From assembly GCF_000299365.1 (NCBI RefSeq), contig NC_018655.1, positions 780,001-812,000 on the forward strand: a DNA stretch of 32,000 nt, read 5' to 3'. Under the pieces are notes generated by a model that was not told the DNA's origin, did no database searches, and saw nothing but the letters and a program-made list of their open reading frames with translations. Shown here piece after piece: positions 15,929 through 24,234 of the stretch. The position numbers were made by a program, and so were the translations under genes. Each line of letters opens with the position of its first letter. Within the stretch, counting starts at the first letter, position 1. This DNA is from Candidatus Nitrosopumilus koreensis AR1 (GTDB lineage Archaea; Thermoproteota; Nitrososphaeria; Nitrososphaerales; Nitrosopumilaceae).

Positions 15929-17471
15929 TCTATCTGCAAACATCATCTATGAAGTAGCAGACAAAGAAAAAACAAGCATTGAAGTAACAATGCCTGAAAA
16001 ATTATCTTTTTTAGAACTAAAGTACGGAAAACCCACACAAATATCCCTTCCAAAACCAAAAAAAAGTGATGAAAAATGTCTCTATCAAGGCATTCTGTTT
16101 GATAGTATAGATGACTCGTATTCTACAGTGTGGTCTTTGTTTTTAGCATCATTGTATCACTCTGGAGGCCATGCTGCAGTTTCAGATTATTCAGTATATC
16201 AAAAATGGTATCAGAGAAAATCCCCAATCTTAGCATCTCAAGCAATTAAATTTGTGGAAGACATCAGAGTTCAGGAATATCTAAAAACCAGATATTCAAA
16301 TCCTTTAAAAAATATTGAAATGATTAAATTTTCTTGTGAATTGTTGTACAACAAATTTTTGAAAAACATCCTAGAGTCAAATGAAAAAAATAGAACACAG
16401 CATGCATTTAGAAATAAAATAGAACACTTCAGAAATGAAGTAAAAGAATCTATAACAAATAATGACACTCCTGAAAACAGGATTAAACTTGCAGATGAAA
16501 TTTACAAAAACAGATATGCTTTAGGAATGTGGGAATATCCATTTTGCGACAACATCAAACCAACAAACTTTACAAAATATTTGAAATATTTGAAATTAAA
16601 TCCTACTGGAGAATTCAGACACTATGCTAACGAATTAGGCAATATGTGGATAGACGAAATTAAAAAAGAAGAAAAAATGATGGAAAAATACAAAAAATAT
16701 TCTGAAGGATTACGTTTTGACAAAATCAAACTAGCACCAGAAAATCTTGGAAAATTTTTTCAGTTGAGAGTAGATAGTACAAATTTTATTAAAAAAATTA
16801 GAAGTCAAGTATCGAATGTAACAAACTCCATGGAAGATCCAAATACTGAAGATTATGGTTACATTGAAATGCAAAAAGCAGTTCAGGCAGTTGCAAGTGA
16901 AAGTCAAGGAATTTCTTATTTTGAGCAAGATCAAGAACTTCGTTATGAGGAAAGCTGGGCAATAGTTATGGATACTAGTGCAAGTATGAAAATTCAGTTT
17001 CAGGATTTACAGAAATTTTTGATGTGTATTGCAGAAGCTGCAGACAAAATAAACTACAAGGGAGGAAAATGGTCCATACATGGTTTTAGCAATGATTTTG
17101 TGCTGATTAAAGATTTCAAAGAAAAGTATGATGACAGAATCAAGGCCAGGATAGGAGGAATGAACAGTTCAGGATTATCATTTGTTCCAGATGCCATGAA
17201 ATTGGCAACAAGAATGCTAGAAGACGACATCAATGAACGCAGATACTTGTTCCTAATTACCGATGGATACATGATGGGGTATCATGAAATTGACGAAGAG
17301 TTTCAATCTGCTATTAATCTGGCCTCCAAGGCAGGCGTAAATGTAATAGCAATAGGCGTACCTGATGGAATGTCAAAATATTTCACAGTTAGTTTCCCTC
17401 ATACTGAGATTAGAAAGACAGTTGCAAACTTTGTTCGCGCCTATACATCTGTGGCACAACAATACATGTAA
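15909..17471 (+). CDS. von Willebrand factor A (vWA) domain protein, NorD/CbbO-like architecture
   Basis: The C-terminal vWA domain has the MIDAS motif WAIVMDTSASMK (DxSxS) and ...LFLITDGYMMG.... There is a long helical N-terminal region and no signal peptide. The TTG start at 15909 is preceded by GGAGG (15896-15900) and overlaps the AAA gene by 20 nt. Confidence 0.8.
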   Translation: MKENLYDLSANIIYEVADKEKTSIEVTMPEKLSFLELKYGKPTQISLPKPKKSDEKCLYQGILFDSIDDSYSTVWSLFLASLYHSGGHAAVSDYSVYQKWYQRKSPILASQAIKFVEDIRVQEYLKTRYSNPLKNIEMIKFSCELLYNKFLKNILESNEKNRTQHAFRNKIEHFRNEVKESITNNDTPENRIKLADEIYKNRYALGMWEYPFCDNIKPTNFTKYLKYLKLNPTGEFRHYANELGNMWIDEIKKEEKMMEKYKKYSEGLRFDKIKLAPENLGKFFQLRVDSTNFIKKIRSQVSNVTNSMEDPNTEDYGYIEMQKAVQAVASESQGISYFEQDQELRYEESWAIVMDTSASMKIQFQDLQKFLMCIAEAADKINYKGGKWSIHGFSNDFVLIKDFKEKYDDRIKARIGGMNSSGLSFVPDAMKLATRMLEDDINERRYLFLITDGYMMGYHEIDEEFQSAINLASKAGVNVIAIGVPDGMSKYFTVSFPHTEIRKTVANFVRAYTSVAQQYM

Positions 17472-17492
17472 TTTCGAATTATTACATACTCT

Positions 17493-17500
17493 TTTAGATA
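17493..17500 (+). promoter_or_regulatory. TATA-like box (TTTAGATA) for the major pilin gene
   Basis: One mismatch from TTTATATA. It is centred about 29 nt upstream of the ATG at 17526, consistent with a leaderless transcript. Confidence 0.35.
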
Positions 17501-17525
17501 TTCTACAAAATAACCATATTTTTTA

Positions 17526-18155
17526 ATGAAAATGACCCCTCTACGAAATAATCGCAGAGCAATCAGTACAGTACTTACAACCATCATCATCTTGGTGGCT
17601 TCTGTTGTACTTGGTTCAGGTGTAGTTGTTTACGGCACATCACTTTTCCAAGGCGGTACACAACAAGAAGCAATTTCAGTCCAAGGTGTCCAGTTGTGGG
17701 TTAATGCTACTGATTCAAACGGCGTTGCATGGGGTGCTGCTGCTGTAAGAAACAGTGGTGACAAAATCTTGTCTACAGACAAGATAGAAGTCAGAGGTAC
17801 TAACGTTCCATTCTCAGCCTGGTATGTAGACACAGATCCAGACAGAGTAACGGTAGATAACTTCCAGGCACAATTCATTTCAACCGGAACTGTTTCAGGT
17901 CAAATGCAATCTACAGGTTCAACATGTGCATCTGCAGATCTTGAAATTGATCTGGATGATGCAGGTGCATTACCAGCATTATGTATGACCAAACAATCAG
18001 GTCCTGTTGGTTTGAATCCAGGTGACAGAATGATCATCTACTTCAAAGTTCCAGATGGAACTCTATCATCACTTGATGCAGGAGCAACATCTAGCTTGAA
18101 TATCTTCGCCGGAAAAACTGGTGCACCACAAAGTGTAACCATCGCAAATACTTAG
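17526..18155 (+). CDS. Type IV pilin (209 aa), candidate major pilin, class III signal peptide
   Basis: MKMTPLRNNRRA|ISTVLTTIIILVASVVLGSGVVVYGTSLF resembles Aap/Ups-type archaeal adhesive pilin N-termini and lacks the GIGTLI-type archaellin motif. The globular part is rich in G/T/S/A. The gene appears to have its own promoter and terminator. Confidence 0.8.
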   Translation: MKMTPLRNNRRAISTVLTTIIILVASVVLGSGVVVYGTSLFQGGTQQEAISVQGVQLWVNATDSNGVAWGAAAVRNSGDKILSTDKIEVRGTNVPFSAWYVDTDPDRVTVDNFQAQFISTGTVSGQMQSTGSTCASADLEIDLDDAGALPALCMTKQSGPVGLNPGDRMIIYFKVPDGTLSSLDAGATSSLNIFAGKTGAPQSVTIANT

Positions 18156-18198
18156 GATTCGGTGTTTTTTTAATGAATCCATTTTTTCCTTTTTCTTT
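18155..18198 (+). terminator. Hairpin plus oligo-T terminator/attenuator after the major pilin gene
   Basis: GGATTC (18155-18160) and GAATCC (18175-18180) form an inverted repeat flanking a T7 run (18165-18171). T6 (18182-18187) and T5 (18190-18194) follow. The next gene has its own GGTGA Shine-Dalgarno at 18200-18204. Confidence 0.45.
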
Positions 18199-18209
18199 AG
18201 GTGAAGTAA

Positions 18210-19739
18210 ATGAAGGATAAAACAAAGTCTGTAGAAACTTTTCTTAAAAGTGAGTTTTTTGATCCAAATCAAAAACAAGCTTCATCAGAATTAAAGATTA
18301 TAAAAAATTATGAACTGAATGCACCATACAGTTATGCAAATATTTTGTATAATGAAAAAAATTCCAGTTATGAATACCAAATTGATGAGATTAAATTAAA
18401 TCATGAAGAGCAAGAAATTTTTAACAAATTATACCAATTATTAGAGGAAAGCATAGACTCTGTAAAAAATGCAAAAGGAGATAATTTTGAAAGTTTTCTA
18501 AATACCATAATTGATGAAAATAAAAAATTATTTGAAAGATATCCTGTAGCAAGTTTGGAGAAAGTAAAATATTATCTTAGACGAGACATCTCAGGATTTG
18601 GAATCATTGATGGATTGATGTGGGATCCTAATATTGAGGATATCAGTTGTGCTGGAATCAATACTCCAATTTACATTTGGCACAGACAATACGACAGCAT
18701 CCCAACAAATATTCAATTTGAACCAAGTAATCTAAACAATTTTGTGTCTAGAATTGTATTTCGTGCAGGAAAACATGTTAGTTCTGCACATCCAATCACA
18801 GATTTAGCATTAGAAGGCAATCACAGAATCTCAGTTCTGTATCAAAAAGAGGTAACACCAAAAGGTACCAGTTTCACTATTAGAAAATTCAAAGAAGATC
18901 CATACACAATTGTTGATTTGATAGACTTTGAGACAATGGATACGTCAATGGCGGCATATCTATGGTTGTTAATGGAGGCAAAGATGTCCATAATGGTGAT
19001 TGGTTCAACAGGTAGTGGAAAAACTACCATTCTTAATGCAATAACTGGGTTGGTCAATCCAGATTACAAGATATTTTCAGTTGAAGATGTATCTGAAATT
19101 AACATAAAACATGAGAACTGGTTTAGTCTGATTTCAAGACCGGGTTTTGGAACACAAGGAGAGGGCGAAATTGGACTGTATGATTTGATAAAATCAGGAG
19201 TAAGACACAGACCAGATTACATTATAGTAGGAGAGATTAGAGGCTCTGAAGCTTATGTGATGTTTCAAGCAATGGCAACAGGTCATGGAGGATTGTGTAC
19301 AATGCATGCAGATAGTTTGATTTCTGCAACAAAAAGACTTCAACAAAAACCAATGGAGATTCCACCATCATACATGACTTTGATGAACTGTGCAATTGTG
19401 ATTAAACGAGTAAAAGACAATGAGACAAATCAAAGTACAAGAAAGATAGTTTCGATTGAAGAGATTAAAGACAGTAATTCATTTAATTCTGTTTTCAAAT
19501 GGAATGCAAAAAACAAAACATTTGATTCAGAGATTGAAAAAAGCGAGATGGTAAAAAGAATTGCAGAGTCACAAGGTCAAGCAGTTAATGAGTTAATTGA
19601 TGAATACAAAAAAAGAGTTTCAATTCTAAAATATCTCAAAGATCATAATATTCGAGACTATAAAGAGACAAGTGATTTTATTGGAAGATATTATAGAAAC
19701 CCAAATGAAATTCTAGAAAAAATTCATTATGAGGTGTAA
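18210..19739 (+). CDS. Type IV pilus/archaellum assembly ATPase (ArlI/FlaI, PilB/TadA superfamily, T2SSE domain)
   Basis: Walker A VIGSTGSGKTTILNAI, Asp/Walker B box RHRPDYIIVGEIRGSEA and His box ATGHGGLCTMHA. 509 aa with an N-terminal domain typical of FlaI-like ATPases. Confidence 0.92.
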   Translation: MKDKTKSVETFLKSEFFDPNQKQASSELKIIKNYELNAPYSYANILYNEKNSSYEYQIDEIKLNHEEQEIFNKLYQLLEESIDSVKNAKGDNFESFLNTIIDENKKLFERYPVASLEKVKYYLRRDISGFGIIDGLMWDPNIEDISCAGINTPIYIWHRQYDSIPTNIQFEPSNLNNFVSRIVFRAGKHVSSAHPITDLALEGNHRISVLYQKEVTPKGTSFTIRKFKEDPYTIVDLIDFETMDTSMAAYLWLLMEAKMSIMVIGSTGSGKTTILNAITGLVNPDYKIFSVEDVSEINIKHENWFSLISRPGFGTQGEGEIGLYDLIKSGVRHRPDYIIVGEIRGSEAYVMFQAMATGHGGLCTMHADSLISATKRLQQKPMEIPPSYMTLMNCAIVIKRVKDNETNQSTRKIVSIEEIKDSNSFNSVFKWNAKNKTFDSEIEKSEMVKRIAESQGQAVNELIDEYKKRVSILKYLKDHNIRDYKETSDFIGRYYRNPNEILEKIHYEV

Positions 19740-19742
19740 AAA

Positions 19743-21191
19743 CTGCTTTCACTGAAAGACAGTCAAAAGAAAATCGACAAAAAGGAAAAAACAAAACTAG
19801 AAAGAGAAATTCCTTATTTTATCACATTTGTTACATTATTAGCAACAAGTGGATTTGGACCATACACAATATTTGAAAAGATAAAAAATTTTGATATTTT
19901 GCCACATACACAGACTCAAGCAAAAAGAATACTGAAAAGAATAGAGATTTTGGGCATGGATCCAATATCGGCCATAACTCAAGCAAAAGACAAGACATCA
20001 TCAAAGACAATGTCAGATTTTCTTGGAGGTTATGTTTCAGCAATAGAGGGAGGAGGAGATGTAGTAAATTATCTAAAAAGCAAGATGAATGGAGCATTTG
20101 ACTCCTATGCTGAAACAGAAAAACAAAAGATCAGCAAAGTAAAGGCACTTGTAGAGTCATACATGACAATACAAATAGTAATTTTAGCAGTATACATTAT
20201 ATTTTCAGCAGTTGGTTCAGGTACAGACCCAACAGCATTAGCTCAGAATTCAGGTGACAACTCACAACTATTGTTGATTGTAATTCCGCCAATAATATCC
20301 GCAGCATTTATCTTTCTTGCAAGTAAAACAAATTCTTCATTCTTACCAGAAATGCCAGTAAAACAAATTGCAATGTACACAATTCCAATATGCAGTATTG
20401 GTTTTACAATTACATTATTGGGAATCATCAAAGAGTACAATGCATTTATCATGATGTTTTCTCTAGTGGCTGCAGCAGTATTTCCTGCAATGAAATTTAA
20501 AAGAACATATCAACGATCAATTGATGCTGAAAATGCTACTCCAAGAATAATGAGAGATATTGCTGAGTCAAGAAAAGCAGGAACTAGTCCAGAAAAATGT
20601 GTAATCCGGGCATGTAAAAGTAAAGATTACAAATTATTTACATCAACATCCAATACAATAGGAAGTAAATTGGAATGGGGCATACCATTTGATGATATTT
20701 TTAATTCATTGAAAAAAGAGATTAAAGATTTTCAAGTCTTGATTAATTTTAAGATCTTGTTTGAAATCATTTCAGGAGGAGGAGGAAACATCCATACACT
20801 GATATCTCTTGCAGATATTTCAGAAAAAATCCACAGCATTGAGAAAACAAAACGCAGTTTACTTAAACCATACATAATGATTGGATTCATTTTGATGGGC
20901 ATGACAGGATTAACAACATTACTGGTAATTGATTCACTTGCAAGCATAGGAATTCAGTCTGAAACAGATTCTGAAAGGATTGCATTAATGGAGAAAAATT
21001 CACAAGAAAGTTTTGAAATGTATTCAATTGTCATTCTGATTCAAGGATGGTTAGCAGGCATATTCTTAGGAAAAGTAGTCACAGGCACATATTCAGGAGG
21101 ATTCCAATACTCAATAATTTTGGTGTTGATTGCGTTTGGAAGCATCATGCTTATTCAGAGTTCAATTGTAAGCATTGGCGCCCTGTTCTAG
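19743..21191 (+). CDS. Type IV pilus platform membrane protein (ArlJ/FlaJ, TadC family, two T2SSF-like domains); start codon unresolved
   Basis: Polytopic membrane protein with duplicated motifs (RILKRIEILGMDPISAI...GGGDVVNYL and RDIAESRKAGTSPEKCV...GGGGNIHTLI). The listed ORF starts at TTG 19899. However, 53 upstream in-frame sense codons (19740-19898) encode ...REIPYFITFVTLLATSGFGPYTIFEKI..., which belongs to the domain. No ATG, GTG or TTG occurs in that stretch, so the start given here (CTG 19743) is provisional. Confidence 0.82.
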   Translation: MLSLKDSQKKIDKKEKTKLEREIPYFITFVTLLATSGFGPYTIFEKIKNFDILPHTQTQAKRILKRIEILGMDPISAITQAKDKTSSKTMSDFLGGYVSAIEGGGDVVNYLKSKMNGAFDSYAETEKQKISKVKALVESYMTIQIVILAVYIIFSAVGSGTDPTALAQNSGDNSQLLLIVIPPIISAAFIFLASKTNSSFLPEMPVKQIAMYTIPICSIGFTITLLGIIKEYNAFIMMFSLVAAAVFPAMKFKRTYQRSIDAENATPRIMRDIAESRKAGTSPEKCVIRACKSKDYKLFTSTSNTIGSKLEWGIPFDDIFNSLKKEIKDFQVLINFKILFEIISGGGGNIHTLISLADISEKIHSIEKTKRSLLKPYIMIGFILMGMTGLTTLLVIDSLASIGIQSETDSERIALMEKNSQESFEMYSIVILIQGWLAGIFLGKVVTGTYSGGFQYSIILVLIAFGSIMLIQSSIVSIGALF

Positions 21192-21250
21192 TATGTATTG
21201 TTTAGAGTCATACTGCTCGATATATCCAATTTGAGCCCAAAATCAACACA

Positions 21251-23863
21251 TTGAAGACTGTCTTAGTGATACTTTTAGTTCTAGTTGTGGTTGGAGGAGG
21301 AGTACCAATAGATGCCCAATCCAATTTTGGAGTACAGAATCCATTTGATAAACAACCTGACTTGGAATTTGGATATCAATTACATCCACAAAAATTCTTG
21401 GAAAATACAGAAGGCATAATCAACATACATGCATTAAACAATGAAAACATTTTACCAGTTGAGATAAACGGATTAAAAGTATCTAGTTCAGACAACACAA
21501 TAGTAGCAATTACAGGAATCAGTAATGCAGAAAACTATTCGACAGAAATCAAAATATTGGCAAAAGAACCAGGTTTTGCAAACATATCTCTTGCAGCACC
21601 AGGATTCAAATCACAAGAAATTCCAATAGTTATCTACAACAACAACAATCATCCAACCCAAATATTACTAAAAACAACTCCAAATGATTTTCCAGTAGAT
21701 GGCCCAAAATTTGGATATATCGGAATTGAGCTTGCAACTACAGGCAATTTACCCGTAATTGCAACAGAAGACACCATTGTAAAAATTTCCACTCCAAATA
21801 CAAATGTGATAAAATTACAAGAGTCAGAGATTACAATACCAAAAGGAGAATATTATACACTGACAAAATTCAACATAAAAGAATCAGGAGATGCAATTAT
21901 ATTTGCAGAAACAGAAGGGATGAAAAAAGTTAGCCAATTCATCCATGTCAGGGAAGCAAAAACACCGTTACAATTACAACTATATGTTTTTCCAAAAAAT
22001 TTCAATAGCTTTTCATCACAAACAGGCTATGCAATTGTTCAATTACAAGATGCTGAAGGAATACCTGTAAAAGCAGACAAGAATATTAATTTGAAAATAG
22101 GAGTAGAAAACCCAGATTCAGGAATTAATACCAGTCATGATTTTGAAGAATTTTTGTTTGCGTCAAATGAATTAGAGATAAAAGAAGGAAGTTATTCCAC
22201 ATTTAGTAGTTTTTCAATAAGACCAAATGTTGCAGATTTTACAGATGAATTTGTGCAATCATACAATTTTTACATTATAGCAGATGATCATATCGCAAAA
22301 GGGGATTCTATTACAGTTACACATGATGAAATAGGAGCCATAGAAGGAAAGGGTCCAGCAATAACACAAACACTCCCATTTTTAACAACAGGTGAAAAAG
22401 AGCTTGTAGGAGTAACATATTTTGAAACAGAAGTTGAGGTTTCAAGACAGTTAGGAACAAGTACATTAGGCAAGACAGATAGAGAAACAGTTACAGTTTC
22501 AGTACCCGTAGTAGCAAGTGAAGATCTTTTTGTCAATGTTGCATCATCAAACTTGAAAACGGTGGATGCAGAAAATGCGTTTATTCCAAAGGGGAAAAAT
22601 ACTGGTTTGATTTTTGGAAATACTGGAACAATGATTCCAGATGAAGGAGAATCTCTTGAATTCTATATTACTGATAACAAGAAATCTTCAACAGTTGCAG
22701 GAGAACCAAACGGTCCATTGGAAGATGATCTTTCGTTAATTGTAGAGCCACTTATTCCAAAGATTCTTGCATATTCACAATTTCCAATAATTGGGTATCT
22801 GTTAGAAAGTCCTGAAGAGGATGAGGAAGTTACAACTGCAGATGATGAGGAAGAAGAGGAAGACGGACGAATAGGAGTTACTCATTTTATCAAAGATTCA
22901 GTCATGACATTTAGTGCTAATGAGAATTTTGAGATTCCACCAGAAGTGATAACACAAAATCAAGAGTATGCTGTAATTTTTGGTCAATCAAATAAGATAG
23001 GTACTAGCAGCATGACAGTTCAAGCCACAGGTATGGAAACAGGATTAAGTTTAGAGAGTCACACTACAGATCCAACCAACATAGAGTTATCCGTATCTAA
23101 GAACATCCTTCCCATGACCAAAAACTTGGCATCAATCCAGCTTTTAGACTCTGTTGGGAATCCTGCATATGCTAAAAACCAAATCACATTAGAGATCGTA
23201 TCAAATAATCAATATTCTTTGAAATTACCTGAGAATATAGTAATTGAAAAAGGGGAATATTTCAAATCATTTGAGATAGAATCATTTTCAGAAGGCACTA
23301 CAGAAATCACTATGTTAGCAGAAGACTTGCCAATGCATAATTTTGAATTAACTGTTAATGGATTTCATCCCGAAATATCACTAGTTGCGCCTAACTCAAT
23401 TGATCAAGGTACACAAATAACTGCAGAGTTGTTATTAGATTATCCAACATCAACATTATCTGTAGAAAATTTTGATGTAAATTGGAATGTTATTGGCGGA
23501 AAAATAATTGAACAAGAAACCACAACAGATAGTGACGGAAAAGCTAGAATCACAATAGATGAAATCAAATCAGAGAGTCTAGAGATTTATGCATCAGTTG
23601 AAGGATTAGGATTTACAAATCTAGAAATAAATAAAACAATCAAAGTTATTCCTGCTCCCATCACAGATGCAGTAACTGAAGAAACAAATAATGAAATATT
23701 TACTGAAAATAATTTCATATTGTTTGCAATTCCAGGTGCAGCAGGAGCTGCATTCTTTTATCTAAGAAAAACAAATCGCTTAGAAGAGATCACAGAAAGA
23801 TTTAACATATCTGAGAAAATTGAAGAGATAAAAGAAAGAGTTTCAAGCATTAGAGAAAGGTAA
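21251..23863 (+). CDS. Large secreted, C-terminally membrane-anchored surface protein with repeated Ig-like (Big_2-like) modules and an acidic linker
   Basis: TTG start. Sec-type signal MKTVLVILLVLVVVGGGVPIDAQS. Recurring module ends (EPGFANISLAAPGF, GDAIIFAETEGM, GTSSMTVQATGM, GTTEITMLAEDL, ESLEIYASVEGLG). Acidic tract EEDEEVTTADDEEEEEDG at about nt 22810-22870. C-terminal helix FILFAIPGAAGAAFFYL followed by RK. Confidence 0.7.
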   Translation: MKTVLVILLVLVVVGGGVPIDAQSNFGVQNPFDKQPDLEFGYQLHPQKFLENTEGIINIHALNNENILPVEINGLKVSSSDNTIVAITGISNAENYSTEIKILAKEPGFANISLAAPGFKSQEIPIVIYNNNNHPTQILLKTTPNDFPVDGPKFGYIGIELATTGNLPVIATEDTIVKISTPNTNVIKLQESEITIPKGEYYTLTKFNIKESGDAIIFAETEGMKKVSQFIHVREAKTPLQLQLYVFPKNFNSFSSQTGYAIVQLQDAEGIPVKADKNINLKIGVENPDSGINTSHDFEEFLFASNELEIKEGSYSTFSSFSIRPNVADFTDEFVQSYNFYIIADDHIAKGDSITVTHDEIGAIEGKGPAITQTLPFLTTGEKELVGVTYFETEVEVSRQLGTSTLGKTDRETVTVSVPVVASEDLFVNVASSNLKTVDAENAFIPKGKNTGLIFGNTGTMIPDEGESLEFYITDNKKSSTVAGEPNGPLEDDLSLIVEPLIPKILAYSQFPIIGYLLESPEEDEEVTTADDEEEEEDGRIGVTHFIKDSVMTFSANENFEIPPEVITQNQEYAVIFGQSNKIGTSSMTVQATGMETGLSLESHTTDPTNIELSVSKNILPMTKNLASIQLLDSVGNPAYAKNQITLEIVSNNQYSLKLPENIVIEKGEYFKSFEIESFSEGTTEITMLAEDLPMHNFELTVNGFHPEISLVAPNSIDQGTQITAELLLDYPTSTLSVENFDVNWNVIGGKIIEQETTTDSDGKARITIDEIKSESLEIYASVEGLGFTNLEINKTIKVIPAPITDAVTEETNNEIFTENNFILFAIPGAAGAAFFYLRKTNRLEEITERFNISEKIEEIKERVSSIRER

Positions 23864-24106
23864 TTGAATCATTTGCTTGAATTTTGACATATGATGTGGA
23901 AAATGTTCTTTGGTTCTAGAATGTCTGGCAAGCATCACCAAAGAGATGAATCCTTCTGCAAACAAAGCAGTTCCTTCAATAGGCGAGACATGAATCAAAC
24001 CAAAATTTTGCACCAGAACAGTTCCAATAATTATAACAAGCACAACAGAATAGTAAATTGCGTATTTTTCAGTATCAGGATTATGGAATATCTTAAAAAT
24101 TTTCAT
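23843..24106 (-). CDS. Possible small (87 aa) membrane protein
   Basis: Internal ATG (24106) of the 191-codon ORF. MKIFKIFHNPDTEKYAIYYSVVLVIIIGTVLVQNFGLIHVSPIEGTALFAEGFISLVMLA suggests two hydrophobic helices. It overlaps the 3' end of the convergent 870-aa gene by 21 nt. Weak support. Confidence 0.3.
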   Translation of the reverse strand: MKIFKIFHNPDTEKYAIYYSVVLVIIIGTVLVQNFGLIHVSPIEGTALFAEGFISLVMLARHSRTKEHFPHHMSKFKQMIQLPFSNA

Positions 24107-24234
24107 AAGGTGAATTTTATTGGAAGATATTAAAATTTTGAGAGTGATAGAAAATTTGCATGCAAACAGTGAAAAATTTTTAATTTTTATAGAATATACG
24201 TGAAAACTCCCAATAATTTGAAGGTGATTTAGAT

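Noticed and set aside
14891-17471. Assigning the AAA_5/vWA pair as NorQ/NorD (nitric-oxide reductase maturation) or CbbQ/CbbO (Rubisco activase)
   Set aside because: Only the architecture is shared. No nor or cbb client genes are in the window, and the genomic context is a pilus operon. No gene symbols were assigned.
17526-21191. Interpreting pilin + ATPase + platform as an archaellum (arlB-arlI-arlJ) operon
   Set aside because: The 209-aa protein has an Aap/Ups-like pilin N-terminus (RRA-ISTVLTTIIIL...YGTSLF) rather than the archaellin-type conserved N-terminal helix. No ArlF/ArlG/ArlC-D-E/ArlX-like genes are recognisable. The accompanying proteins are adhesin-like. I cannot fully exclude it without phylogeny of the ATPase.
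23722-23790. PGF-CTERM/archaeosortase-type sorting signal in the 870-aa protein (IPGAAGAAFFYLRK)
   Set aside because: The hydrophobic helix is followed by about 40 further residues rather than a short basic C-terminus, and the PGF tripeptide is absent. It is more simply a C-terminal membrane anchor.
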